Source: Azolla caroliniana
Taxonomy: Eukaryota > Plantae > Polypodiophyta
NCBI GenBank assembly: GCA_043228905.1
Contig: JBHGNT010000013.1
Coordinates: 19,964,001-20,028,000, forward strand
Direction of reading: 5' to 3'
DNA length: 64,000 nt
How positions within the stretch are numbered: position 1 is the stretch's first letter; each line of letters begins with the position of its first letter. Shown in pieces: positions 63,495-64,000 of the stretch. A program made the position numbers and the translations under genes. The notes beneath the pieces are model-generated. The model had not been told where the DNA came from. It ran no database searches and saw only the letters and a list, made by a program, of their open reading frames with translations.

Positions 63495-63810
63495 TGGTAA
63501 TGCTTAGCTAGTTACAATATTTGGTACCTCAAGCTGTTTTACTCATCTGACTTTATTTGTTTTGGTCGGTTGGTCTCAAATGCGAGATAACATGGTAATA
63601 TGGAATCCTTTGTTTGGTCTTATAAGCCACTTTGGCCTCTTAAAAGACGGTATGGTAATGCTTAGCTAGTTACAATATTTGGTACCTCAAGCTGTTTTAC
63701 TCATCTGACTTTATTTGTTTTGGTCGGTTGGTCTCAAATGCGAGATAACATGGTAATATGGAATCCTTTGTTTGGTCTTATAAGCCACTTTGGCCTCTTA
63801 AAAGACGGTA
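63495..63810. repeat. 158-bp apparently perfect tandem duplication
   Basis: 63495-63652 and 63653-63810 read identically; each ends in the LINE-tail motif ggcctcttaaaagacg. Confidence 0.9.
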
Positions 63811-63854
63811 GTGTGCAGACACTGGAATATGTTTCTATATTTCTTTCTTTTTGT

Positions 63855-64000
63855 TACAATATACCTAACTTGAGGATCTCACATGTGCCAAAAACCAGAT
63901 TCCCTCATTTCTTTTCTTTTCATGTTATTTACTTTTATATTTACTGTGTAATATTTATTTTATTTTGATTTGTTCTCAAAGACAAGACAACACTTAAGAT
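63855..64000 (+). mobile_element. LINE 3'UTR fragment, inverted relative to 59873-60018 (cut by the window edge)
   Basis: Reverse complement of 59873-60018 with few mismatches. Confidence 0.85.

Noticed and set aside
1-64000. rRNA, tRNA, snoRNA or miRNA genes and organellar insertions
   Set aside because: None recognised by eye. Small ncRNAs cannot be excluded without tRNAscan-SE or Infernal.

Overview
Eukaryotic, AT-rich land-plant nuclear DNA. A fern such as Ceratopteris is inferred from the PPR style, LINE families and TE-filled introns; this is not proven. Genes: a K/E/D-rich dehydrin/KED-like gene; a tandem array of three intronless family-1 UDP-glycosyltransferases (one intact, two frameshifted); a 4-exon ENOD93 gene that the ORF track shows only as a fragment; a 2-exon GC-rich secreted protein; a 4-exon STP sugar transporter; a PPR pseudogene; and the first three exons of a probable plastid-targeted gene that runs off the right edge. 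Between the genes are decayed LINEs, a chromodomain Ty3/gypsy remnant, a solo LTR and several hAT-type MITEs, four with perfect 8-bp TSDs. The best candidate for something undescribed is the secreted protein at 40091-42476. By manual alignment it is an apolipoprotein-D-type lipocalin with ApoD-like cysteine positions, whose beta-barrel is split by a ~215-aa amphipathic helical insertion. Second best is the neighbouring STP, which has Asn instead of the conserved proton-coupling Asp (GYNIG). No rRNA, tRNA or CRISPR array was seen. All homology calls come from motif recognition by eye, not database searches.
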